The translations under genes were made by a program, and so were the position numbers. Positions 39,172 to 48,356 of a DNA stretch of 64,000 nt are shown piece after piece (the first letter of the stretch is position 1; every line of letters begins with the position of its first letter). This DNA comes from an uncultured Clostridium sp. GTDB lineage: Bacteria > Bacillota > Clostridia > TANB77 > CAG-465. The notes under the pieces are model-generated. The model did no database searches and was not told where the DNA came from. It worked only from the letters and a program-made list of their open reading frames with translations. The stretch covers positions 21 through 64,020 of the forward strand of contig CAOKPF010000003.1 of NCBI GenBank assembly GCA_948470565.1, read 5' to 3'.

Positions 39172-40059
39172 TTATGTGCTAAAAAAGTCAAGTTGTTCAA
39201 ATCTTCTATCTTTTTTATATGCTCTAATTATATCTTCCATTTTATACAACAATCCATATTTTTTGCATTCATTTTTAAATGTAACCCCTAGATTACTATT
39301 CTTAGACCTGCAAATATAACTATCTCCATAAGTCTTAATATATCTTTCCTTTAAATTTGGAAAATGCTTATCTAATTTACTAAAGAAATACTCTCTTTGA
39401 TTTCCTCTTAATGTTATACAGCCCATTGAAAATACAAATCTTGCACCATTTTTTGCAGACAATCTTATTATTTCTTTTATATTTTCATCTGTATCTGTTA
39501 TAAATGGAATAATTGGTGTAAGTAAAGTTCCAACAAAAATTCCCTCATCTGCTAACATTTTCATAGCTTTAAATCTTTGTGAACTTGTACACACACAAGG
39601 CTCTATTATTCTTGATAATGTATCATCTGACGTAGTTATAGTAAATTTTAAAATTACATCTGATTTTAAGTTAATTTTTTTGAACAAATCTATATCCCTT
39701 GTAATAAGGTTACTTTTTGTTTCCATAGATACACCAAAATTATAATATGACATAAGTTTTAGTGCACTTCTTGTAATTTCATATTTTCTCTCAAGTGGAT
39801 TATAGGTATCAGACATTGCACCAATACCTATAATACCTTTATTTCTTTTGCATTTTAATTCACTATTTAAAATACTAATAGCATCTTTTTTAAGCTTTAC
39901 TTCATCAAAATTTTCTATTTTATAACAATCACTCCTACTGTCACAATAAATACATTTATGCGAGCAACCTTTATATAAATTCATATTATAATCTATTCCA
40001 AACCAATCATTTCCATACTTTGCTTTTTGTAATATAGTCTTAGCATTTATATATTTCAT
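39172..40059 (-). CDS. radical SAM protein (SPL / COG1533-like)
   Basis: 295 aa; CSHKCIYCDS CxxxCxxC motif near the N-terminus. Confidence 0.75.
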   Translation of the reverse strand: MKYINAKTILQKAKYGNDWFGIDYNMNLYKGCSHKCIYCDSRSDCYKIENFDEVKLKKDAISILNSELKCKRNKGIIGIGAMSDTYNPLERKYEITRSALKLMSYYNFGVSMETKSNLITRDIDLFKKINLKSDVILKFTITTSDDTLSRIIEPCVCTSSQRFKAMKMLADEGIFVGTLLTPIIPFITDTDENIKEIIRLSAKNGARFVFSMGCITLRGNQREYFFSKLDKHFPNLKERYIKTYGDSYICRSKNSNLGVTFKNECKKYGLLYKMEDIIRAYKKDRRFEQLDFFST

Positions 40060-40717
40060 TGCATTTCTTTCTTTTTACAGGTATTCTTATTACAGTTTTC
40101 AAATTCTTTACTTGAGTTTTTCTAGGATCAGATAAATATATTTCATGATGTCTTCTTAAAATTCCATTTTGAGTTATATCTCCAATATCATTTTTTAAAT
40201 TACTACTTTCTATATAATTTTCTATTTGTTCTATTGTTTTACTTTCCTCATCATATGAACCAATATGTAACATCTGAACACATAGACCCTCTTTAAAATT
40301 ACAAAACTTTGCCCCAGTTGTATCTATTCCCTTTTTATCACGCAATTTTTTACAGGCAGACTTAAATACCTCATCTGTTACAAATTCTGGTTGTCTTATC
40401 ATGGCAATCCATTCAAACTTATCTTTATTACTAAAATCTATTTTATTATCCTCTTCATTCCACCATAATCCTTCTAATGGAGGTACTACGTACTCAAAAT
40501 ATCCATCTATTTTTTCTTTTTCCATTTTACTAAATTTTATCGTATAAGATAATCCATAAAGTAGTGATAAAGCCTCTTTATATTCTCCATTTTCATCATT
40601 AGGATTGCCCTTTCCTCTAACCATTATGTAATTTATATCTGGTACTTCTATTATCATCGGCGTTTGCTTTGGCACATACAGATCTTTATATTCTTTTTTA
40701 TAGTCAAATTTTTCCAT
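40040..40717 (-). CDS. GyrI-like small-molecule binding domain protein
   Basis: 225 aa; KEYKDLYVPKQTPMIIEVPDINYIMVRGKGNP start typical of the GyrI-like family. Confidence 0.6.
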   Translation of the reverse strand: MEKFDYKKEYKDLYVPKQTPMIIEVPDINYIMVRGKGNPNDENGEYKEALSLLYGLSYTIKFSKMEKEKIDGYFEYVVPPLEGLWWNEEDNKIDFSNKDKFEWIAMIRQPEFVTDEVFKSACKKLRDKKGIDTTGAKFCNFKEGLCVQMLHIGSYDEESKTIEQIENYIESSNLKNDIGDITQNGILRRHHEIYLSDPRKTQVKNLKTVIRIPVKRKKCNEIYKC

Positions 40718-40734
40718 TACTCTTACTCCCTTGT

Positions 40735-41205
40735 TTAATCTTCTAATGCTATATAAATATGTATTTCTTGATTTTGCATATCATCTGAGTTATTTTGATA
40801 CTCTTCAAAATCACAAGTATATTTTCTTTTTAGATCTAAATTCCATATCTTACCCCAAGCAGCGCCAACTGTTTTTTGAACATCTCCAACAACTACAAAC
40901 TTGGCATATTTTCCCTTTGGAATTACCTTTACAACAGTATCTTTCATATTAACACTATTATTGCTTTTATTTACTTCTGCTCCTGCAATAAAGTAATAAG
41001 GTTTAGTATAATCTCCCTCATAGTCTGTATAAAGCCCAATGGTTTTATTATTTACTTTTCCATCAATGCTCTCGTATACATTATTTGCAAAAAGACTTTG
41101 CCATACCTTGGCTATATCTTCTACTGCCTTTCCATTTTCATTCGTAGTCCTTACACCTATCCCCTCTACTACTTTTTCTTCTAAATTAACAATTTCAAAA
41201 TCCAT
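40735..41205 (-). CDS. GyrI-like / AraC effector-binding domain protein
   Basis: 156 aa; VVEGIGVRTTNENGKAVEDIAKVWQSLF pattern. Confidence 0.6.
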   Translation of the reverse strand: MDFEIVNLEEKVVEGIGVRTTNENGKAVEDIAKVWQSLFANNVYESIDGKVNNKTIGLYTDYEGDYTKPYYFIAGAEVNKSNNSVNMKDTVVKVIPKGKYAKFVVVGDVQKTVGAAWGKIWNLDLKRKYTCDFEEYQNNSDDMQNQEIHIYIALED

Positions 41206-41261
41206 AACTTTCTCCTCCTAATATAATTATACATCTTATTTACTGACAACTATATGTCATA

Positions 41262-42158
41262 TTATAAAAAATTCTTTAGAGATTTTTCTAATTTTTCTCT
41301 AATAATATTTTTTACATATTCAGGAGAATTAACTCTTATATATTCACCAAAAGACATGATATATCCATATATCCAATCTGTTTTAGGGAATTCGACCTTT
41401 ACAATAAAATCACCATCTTTATTTTTACTTACACTTTCTTTTTCAAATTCATCATATACTCTATATGACATAGTCTTTGATATTACAAGTTCTAATGTTA
41501 CAGTTTCAAAATTTATATTTCCTTTTTGTTCTTTTAAATAAATTCTATCAAAATTTTCATCTAAAATTTTTGCTTCCTCTATTCTTGAAATTTTAAATAT
41601 TCTATAATCAGACTTTAACCTACAATATGCTTTTACATACCATGACTTATCCTTAAAGCAAACTTGCAAGGGCTCTATTTTTCTTTTTGTATCCTCTCCA
41701 TTAGAATTAAAATACGTAATTTCTATAACTCTTTTATTTAGTATTGCCTCCTTTATTATATTAAAAGTATAATTTTTACTGCTATTATTATCCCAATTTG
41801 AAAAATCAACTTCTATCCAATTTACTGTATTTTTATTAAATATATTACTTATTTTTTCAAGTACCCTATTATTTCCACTATTCCCATTTATTTTTTCCAA
41901 GCTTTGAAGCGCAAACAAAATTTGGTTTTGATCCTCTTCTGATAATAATGATTTATCTAACACAAAATTATCTAGTAAACTTATTCCTCCACCTTTTCCC
42001 TTATTTGTATAAATTGGAATATTAGAAGTACTTAATATATCAATATCCCTGTATATAGTTCTAATTGATACTCCAAAATAACTGGCTAATTCATTTGCTG
42101 TAACTACCTTTTTTTCAAGTAATATATATACTATTTCAAATAATCTATTTATCTTCAT
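41262..42158 (-). CDS. YafY-family regulator (HTH + WYL)
   Basis: MKINRLFEIVYILLEKKVVTANELASYFGVSIRTIYRDIDIL HTH; SWYVKAYC WYL-type core. Confidence 0.8.
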   Translation of the reverse strand: MKINRLFEIVYILLEKKVVTANELASYFGVSIRTIYRDIDILSTSNIPIYTNKGKGGGISLLDNFVLDKSLLSEEDQNQILFALQSLEKINGNSGNNRVLEKISNIFNKNTVNWIEVDFSNWDNNSSKNYTFNIIKEAILNKRVIEITYFNSNGEDTKRKIEPLQVCFKDKSWYVKAYCRLKSDYRIFKISRIEEAKILDENFDRIYLKEQKGNINFETVTLELVISKTMSYRVYDEFEKESVSKNKDGDFIVKVEFPKTDWIYGYIMSFGEYIRVNSPEYVKNIIREKLEKSLKNFL

Positions 42159-42368
42159 ATTACCACCAAGCAATTATATCTTCTACTATTTCTTCTTTTA
42201 TCACGATATGTATAATATATTTTGTGCAATTTCATACTTTATAGCTCGCTTTATATTTTTATTATACCAAACTTTTGTTCCTTTGTAAACAATTTTTCAT
42301 TACTTTTTCAAACTTTCGTTAGCAAATTTCGACACTTTCTCACTATATTATAAATGTTTCAAACATTA

Positions 42369-43154
42369 CTATCCACCAATTTTAACATCACCACAATCTG
42401 CCTTAATTTTTAAAACTACATCAGAATATCTATTTGTATTATTTATTTTAGTATCTCCAAAACTTACTTTAGCATCAACATAAATATCATTAGTCTCCTT
42501 TATTTTTATATCTCCATAATCTGAGCTTATTGAAGAGTTTTCTTTTAAACTAACTTTTTCTATTTTCAAATTTCCACAATTTGCTTCAATATCACATTTA
42601 TTTAAAACTTCTGATATACTAATATCTCCAAAATCACATTTTACTGAAATATTTTTTACTCTGCCTAAATTTACATCACCACAATTTTCTTTAATATTTA
42701 TAGTTGCATTTTCTAAATTAATCATTTTACATGAACCATAATCATTACGAATATTAATTTCATTTGAATAATTTGTAGGTATATATACAATAATATTATT
42801 TGGGAAATTACCAAAAAACATCCAGTTATTAGTATATTTTGTATAATCTATTAACAGTTTATTTTCAATAATATTAACATCTATATCAGTATTATTCTTA
42901 CCATAAGCAATAACTCTTATATTTTCATCAACACTTTCCTCGAATTTTATATCTCCTGATTTTGACAATAATTCTATATTATTAATTCCATTTATGCTAT
43001 ACACATGATCAAATATTACATTATTATTTTTTCCTCCTATTCCCACAAAAAAATTAAATTTTTTAATAAGACACATACTTAAAAACCAGACCAATACGAT
43101 TACTAAAATTGCATTTAAAATTATTAATGTTATTGTAGTATTTCTATTTTTCAT
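42369..43154 (-). CDS. DUF4097-like beta-repeat protein, membrane anchored
   Basis: 261 aa; N-terminal TM, repeated GD(I/V)K(I/L) beta-strand motifs. Confidence 0.55.
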   Translation of the reverse strand: MKNRNTTITLIILNAILVIVLVWFLSMCLIKKFNFFVGIGGKNNNVIFDHVYSINGINNIELLSKSGDIKFEESVDENIRVIAYGKNNTDIDVNIIENKLLIDYTKYTNNWMFFGNFPNNIIVYIPTNYSNEINIRNDYGSCKMINLENATINIKENCGDVNLGRVKNISVKCDFGDISISEVLNKCDIEANCGNLKIEKVSLKENSSISSDYGDIKIKETNDIYVDAKVSFGDTKINNTNRYSDVVLKIKADCGDVKIGG

Positions 43155-43800
43155 TTGATTTATCCTCCTTTAACATAAATAATAATTTTATAATTTGATT
43201 TATTAATCCATTAATTATAAATATTATCCAAGTTACATGCCAAGCCATTGTAGCAAAACTTATAATAAAATATACAATTGTGCAAATTATACCAACAATT
43301 CCATTAATTTGCCTTATCATTTCACGTTCTGTTTTCTCTTCAGCCGTTTTGTCAAATTTTGGCAATGCCATATAATTTTTTATAATTCTTGCAGTAGCCC
43401 ATGCTACTATAACTAAAAATAATGAAGTTACTATAATTGGATTTACCTCAAATACTGATATTGCTACAATTAGGAATGCAACGGCAACTATATAAGTAAA
43501 TACTGATGTGCTTACAACTTCCGCAGATTTTATTTTTGCCTCTTCTTTTGTAATAGTTTTCTTTTCTATAATTTGATTTACATCTGGTACATTAACCTCT
43601 GGCTTCTTTCCTGTCAACAATTCTTCTGTACTTATTTGAAATAAATCACATAAGGGTAATATTTTATCAAAATCGGGAGTACTCTGATTAGTCTCCCACT
43701 TTGATACTGTCTGTCTAGTTACATTTAACTTTTCTGCCACCTCTTCTTGGGATAAATTTTTAGCTTTTCTTAATTCATATAATTTTTCACCTATATTCAT
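43144..43800 (-). CDS. XRE-family HTH protein with C-terminal TM segments
   Basis: LRKAKNLSQEEVAEKLNVTRQTVSKWETNQSTP HTH; overlaps the downstream gene by 11 nt. Confidence 0.8.
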   Translation of the reverse strand: MNIGEKLYELRKAKNLSQEEVAEKLNVTRQTVSKWETNQSTPDFDKILPLCDLFQISTEELLTGKKPEVNVPDVNQIIEKKTITKEEAKIKSAEVVSTSVFTYIVAVAFLIVAISVFEVNPIIVTSLFLVIVAWATARIIKNYMALPKFDKTAEEKTEREMIRQINGIVGIICTIVYFIISFATMAWHVTWIIFIINGLINQIIKLLFMLKEDKSNEK

Positions 43801-44025
43801 TTTTCTCACTTTTCCTTTCTATAAAAATTATACTGTTTTTTTTAGTTGCATTCTACCAATTTCAATTGGAAATTTGTCAACTGAAATTAACATACTATAT
43901 TTTTAGGGATTTTTTAATATAATTTATATTTTATATATGTTAATAAAAAACAGAATAATTTTCACTACTCTGTTTTTTTACCACATAAATGTAATTTTAT
44001 ATTCTTTCAAAAATATAAGATAAAA

Positions 44026-44706
44026 CTACATTATATTAATATTATCATAATTCTTTACTCTATATTTTGCAAAAAGCATATCATCTATATGCATTAAAAA
44101 TATTATTACTCCACTTGCTGCCAATTGTTCTAATTTTTCAATTATATCATCAAATTTTATATGAATTCTACCATATTTCATACTTATATCTACATATAAA
44201 TTTGTACCTTTTGTAATATAATTTTCAAATGGCTCTAATGTAGATGTATCTCCTGTGTATACTATATGAGTATTATTTTCATATAACTCATATCCAAAAC
44301 ATTTATCTTTAATTAAAGTGTCAGAATGCTTAGTTTTTATTGATCTAACTAAAAAGTCCAGCTTAACTTCTTCAGTAGAAAAAATTGAATAACTCTCTGG
44401 CACAACATCACCAATATTTAGTATTGTTACCAAATCTTTTTTTACTTCAATTGATGGCGCTATAACATTTACTTTCTTACTTAAAACATAGTATACATAT
44501 TGTATAAAAATAGGTAAACCACCTATATGATCAAAATGTGTATGAGTTATTAATACATAAATATTTTGATATTTATCTAAGTTCATTTTCATAAGCTTAG
44601 ACTTAGCCGTTTCGCCCATGTCAATAATTACAATTGAGTCACGATGTTCAAAATACACTGCTGTATACTCCTCTGAAAAACCTGAACCATTACCTAAAGA
44701 TTTCAT
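44026..44706 (-). CDS. MBL-fold metallo-hydrolase
   Basis: 226 aa; ITHTHFDHIGG (HxHxDH). Confidence 0.8.
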   Translation of the reverse strand: MKSLGNGSGFSEEYTAVYFEHRDSIVIIDMGETAKSKLMKMNLDKYQNIYVLITHTHFDHIGGLPIFIQYVYYVLSKKVNVIAPSIEVKKDLVTILNIGDVVPESYSIFSTEEVKLDFLVRSIKTKHSDTLIKDKCFGYELYENNTHIVYTGDTSTLEPFENYITKGTNLYVDISMKYGRIHIKFDDIIEKLEQLAASGVIIFLMHIDDMLFAKYRVKNYDNINIM

Positions 44707-44798
44707 AATATTACCTCCTAAATTATAATTATATAATAGATTATTAATTTTATTGTTGTATATTGTATCATAATATTATTAATCTGTCAAACATGTAA

Positions 44799-44838
44799 TT
44801 TAGCAAAAAGTTAACATAATATTTGACTTTTTGCTAAA
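44799..44838. promoter_or_regulatory. 13-bp perfect inverted repeat (operator-like) overlapping the -35
   Basis: tttagcaaaaagt (44799-44811) and actttttgctaaa (44826-44838) separated by a 14-nt spacer. Confidence 0.5.
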
Positions 44839-44851
44839 AATTTTATATAAT
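44823..44851 (+). promoter_or_regulatory. promoter of the MTTase-like gene
   Basis: TTGACT (44823-44828), 17 nt, TATAAT (44846-44851). Confidence 0.6.
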
Positions 44852-44904
44852 AATAAAGGTATATAATAGTATTAAAATTTAAATAAATTTAAGGAGGAAT
44901 TATT

Positions 44905-45960
44905 ATGACTTTAGTAACAAACAGATTCGGAACAAATGAAATGTATGAAATCGAGGACGTCCGCTATCCTATTTATTGTGAATCAGCAGCTTGTTTATCT
45001 GTATATACAGATTTTTTAAGTTGGTTAAGTAAAAATATTGAAAAAGATATTTGTACGCTTGATCCACAGAAAGCAAAATCCATTATTATTTTAGGTTGCC
45101 AAGTTACAGATTTGGCAATCCTAAATGATATTCAGATTGCAGAGAAACTAAGAAAACAAAATCCTAAAGCAGACATTTATATGTCAGGTTGTTTGGCACA
45201 AAGATTTGATATAGAATTACCAAGATTTATTAAAAGATTAAATGTAGTTCGAGTATTAAATCAGCCAATCCTTGAAGAAGCAAGGAACTCTACAATATAC
45301 GCTAAACCATTTTGGGTAAATAATATTGATACAAAAAATGAGTATGCACAGGGAAACTTATTTAGACAATATTATTGGCTAAAAATTGGTGCTGGTTGTC
45401 ATGGAAAATGCAAATATTGTACAATAAGAGATACAAGAGGCAAAGGATTTGAAGCTATTCCTTCAGAACAAATAGATGAATTTTTGCAACATGAAAATGT
45501 TGTAATTGTTTCAGATAGTCCTACTGTTAATCAAGTAAAAGAATGGTGTTCCATTGCAATTAAATTTAACAAAGATATCTCTATAAGGAACATCGAACCA
45601 CAAACAGCAAATGCCTGCAAAAATGAACTTATGTCAGTCGCAAAAAGTTATCTGTTAAAAAATTTCCACTGTCCAATACAGAGTATGGAAGAACAGATTC
45701 TTATTGCAATGAACCGTTCTGTATCTCAAACTAAAAATGCTATTGAACTTATGCAAGAAATGAGACAGTTTGGTACAAAGGTTGCAACTAATATAATTAT
45801 AGACTATGTAGTTGATGGGACATATTATAAAAATATGCCTACACAAGAACTAAATAAACTATTTGACTACTGGTCTTGGAATCCTTACTTTGATGGTAAA
45901 TGGGACAGGGGTTTGGCAGAAAAAAGATTTAAAAAATACATTATAGATAAAGATTTTTAA
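44905..45960 (+). CDS. radical SAM methylthiotransferase-like protein without TRAM domain
   Basis: 351 aa; N-terminal Cys triad context (YCESAAC, LGCQVT, SGCLAQ) and GAGCHGKCKYCTIRDTRG radical SAM motif; AGGAGG SD. Confidence 0.65.
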   Translation: MTLVTNRFGTNEMYEIEDVRYPIYCESAACLSVYTDFLSWLSKNIEKDICTLDPQKAKSIIILGCQVTDLAILNDIQIAEKLRKQNPKADIYMSGCLAQRFDIELPRFIKRLNVVRVLNQPILEEARNSTIYAKPFWVNNIDTKNEYAQGNLFRQYYWLKIGAGCHGKCKYCTIRDTRGKGFEAIPSEQIDEFLQHENVVIVSDSPTVNQVKEWCSIAIKFNKDISIRNIEPQTANACKNELMSVAKSYLLKNFHCPIQSMEEQILIAMNRSVSQTKNAIELMQEMRQFGTKVATNIIIDYVVDGTYYKNMPTQELNKLFDYWSWNPYFDGKWDRGLAEKRFKKYIIDKDF

Positions 45961-45984
45961 TCTCACTTTGAAAAAAAATAAAAA

Positions 45985-46027
45985 ATCATTGAATTTACAT
46001 ACAATATGTAGGTTCAGTGATTTTTTT
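45985..46027. terminator. bidirectional terminator
   Basis: atcattgaa (45985-45993) pairs with ttcagtgat (46013-46021, one G-U), inner tacata/tatgta pairing, followed by a T-run. Confidence 0.6.
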
Positions 46028-46051
46028 AATGTTTCCTATATATTTGCTATT

Positions 46052-48157
46052 TTATATAACAATTTTATTTTTGATTTTATTGCAAATTTGTTTTACTTTT
46101 TCTCTATCACTACTTTTACTTAAATCATCTACGTCATTTTTTATTTTATTAAGAGCCTTATTTATCAAATAATCATTCCTATTGTATACAGTTTCAAATC
46201 TTTTGCAAACCATACTAGGATTGCATTTATTTTGTATTAAAAGTCTATCACACTCAATTGCTATTGCTATAACATTTAGGGTTGAATCTTGCATTTTATC
46301 ACATATACTTATTGCCTTATCGAAGTAATATTTAGCATTATTATTATCTTTTGACTTCATATACTTTCCTAGATTCCAATATATAAGTTCAAATGGATGG
46401 GCAATTAAATTTTCTTCAAGTATTATTTTTTCACCATTATATTCATTTATAATTTTTCCATCATCTTTTAAGTATTCTTTATATAAATTACTATTCTGAC
46501 AAAATGCATTATATAATTTATCAGCTAATTCCAAATTTTCATTTTCCATAGCACATACCATTATTTGAAAATATGCAAGTACAGAAAAATGCTTTGAAAA
46601 AGCTTGTATCTTTGCTATTTCTTTTAATATTTCAGAATAATTTACTTCATTTTGCTTTACACTTCTTGCTAAATACACTAATGCTTCATCGTATTTTCCC
46701 ATTCTGCATTCAATATCTCCCCTATATAAACATTGTCTTGATAAATCATTATCCGATGTAAATTGTTCCATTGCTTTATTTGAGTCATTTACTGCTAATT
46801 CATAATAATTCTTATCTTCAGGAATTAATCTACTATATGCTTGAAGTCTAGTGCCAAGTGATTTTCCAAGTGTATCTAATTTTAAATTTGAAAACTCAGG
46901 TATACATTTTATAACCTCTATTATACTATCTGCTTTTTCTACAATCCCCTCCAGTAAATCAGATGCCTCTTTATATAACAAAGCATTTGTATACATTACA
47001 GCTTCTCTTATTTTTATTATGAAATAGTAATTTAGAAAATCCCAACTACCATCTATCTTCTTTAGTAATTCATTACTTATATCTACCTGTTTTTTTGACT
47101 TAAAACTATTACCTTGATGTGTATATATTGTTAATAAATAAGATGATACATCAAGTTCTAATTTGGAAATTGAAAAACTTTTTTTACTCAAATTTGGTAA
47201 TATATCATTTTGCATAGTATTTAATATTCTTTCTGCAAGTTCTAAATTTCCATAAATATTCAAAATTGTTCTTACTTTTAAAGATAATAACTCAATTTGT
47301 ATATTTAACTCTTCCATTTCCATTTTATTAATATGTGTTACAATGCTTAAGCATAATTTATTATAATCATCTTCAATTTTTAACTCACATAACTTTAATA
47401 TTGCGTCTGCAATATTATTTTGACTAATACTTTTCTCAATTTCTTTTTGTATATTAGTTTTAAATACACTAAATATATATGGACTTGCTTTAAAGAATTC
47501 TTTTAAAGTTTTTCTATCTTCCTTAGAAAATTTACTGCTTTCAATTGTAAGTCTAGTATTACAAACTACATCTGATATCATAAGCCTTGTATCTTTATTT
47601 GCAGATGCGAGTTTAAATTCAATATTATACTTGTTATACGCTAATCTATCCTTTTCCAGTAATCGTACATATATTTTCTCTAAAATTCTTTTATTGTATT
47701 CTTCAGCATTTATCATAGTTCTTTTTTCATATCCAAGTTTAAAATCTTTTCTAACTGCTGCTGTTACACAAAGCTTTATTTCCTCCCCTGTAAGTGATAC
47801 TAATTCATCAATCAAATTTACAACTCCCTCAGCCATCATATTTAAATATAGTAAATCTCTATCTTTTAATACATTAATTCTCTCAAAATTTTGAAATATA
47901 ACTACTTTTCCTCCTATATCGGTAATTTTTTGAAGTATTGCTATTGGATCTGTTTTATCTAAACTATTAGTAGTTCTACTTTCCTCACACATATGTACAT
48001 AGCTTTTTCCAAGTATTATTTCTGCTTTTTCTTTTGACATTTTCCCAACTTCTATTAAATAACCGCCTATTAAAGATGGTTTCTTTTTCTTACTCTTCTC
48101 CTCTATTCCCTCTAAAAAATCTCCACTTTCATCTAAAAATAATTCATAACATTTCAT
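46052..48157 (-). CDS. large DUF3800-like N-terminal domain + helical/TPR-like repeat protein
   Basis: Start MKCYELFLDESGDF (DESG motif) and later MISDVVCN resemble DUF3800. The C-terminal ~480 aa are helical with TPR-like GKYDEALVYLARSV and AKYYFDKAISI. Start at ATG 48157 behind an AAAGGA SD. Confidence 0.6.
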   Translation of the reverse strand: MKCYELFLDESGDFLEGIEEKSKKKKPSLIGGYLIEVGKMSKEKAEIILGKSYVHMCEESRTTNSLDKTDPIAILQKITDIGGKVVIFQNFERINVLKDRDLLYLNMMAEGVVNLIDELVSLTGEEIKLCVTAAVRKDFKLGYEKRTMINAEEYNKRILEKIYVRLLEKDRLAYNKYNIEFKLASANKDTRLMISDVVCNTRLTIESSKFSKEDRKTLKEFFKASPYIFSVFKTNIQKEIEKSISQNNIADAILKLCELKIEDDYNKLCLSIVTHINKMEMEELNIQIELLSLKVRTILNIYGNLELAERILNTMQNDILPNLSKKSFSISKLELDVSSYLLTIYTHQGNSFKSKKQVDISNELLKKIDGSWDFLNYYFIIKIREAVMYTNALLYKEASDLLEGIVEKADSIIEVIKCIPEFSNLKLDTLGKSLGTRLQAYSRLIPEDKNYYELAVNDSNKAMEQFTSDNDLSRQCLYRGDIECRMGKYDEALVYLARSVKQNEVNYSEILKEIAKIQAFSKHFSVLAYFQIMVCAMENENLELADKLYNAFCQNSNLYKEYLKDDGKIINEYNGEKIILEENLIAHPFELIYWNLGKYMKSKDNNNAKYYFDKAISICDKMQDSTLNVIAIAIECDRLLIQNKCNPSMVCKRFETVYNRNDYLINKALNKIKNDVDDLSKSSDREKVKQICNKIKNKIVI

Positions 48158-48199
48158 ATGTAATTTTCCTTTCATTTCTATACTACTTGACTACCTATA

Positions 48200-48355
48200 C
48201 TATAATTTTTGTTCTAGGTAGTCATTTACTAAATCATCTATTGCCTTTGCTAAAGATACCATCTTTTGCTCTCTATTTACTTTATCAATTCTTACTTGTT
48301 CTAATTTTTCTTTTGTTTGTTCCCAAATTCTAATAGTTATAAAATTTTGTTGCAT
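48200..48355 (-). CDS. small ribbon-helix-helix-like protein (51 aa)
   Basis: MQQNFITIRIWEQTKEKLEQV...SLAKAIDDLVNDYLEQKL has a beta-alpha-alpha pattern. The ATG lies 1 nt after the upstream stop, behind a GGAGGTGG SD. Confidence 0.5.
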   Translation of the reverse strand: MQQNFITIRIWEQTKEKLEQVRIDKVNREQKMVSLAKAIDDLVNDYLEQKL

Positions 48356-48356
48356 T

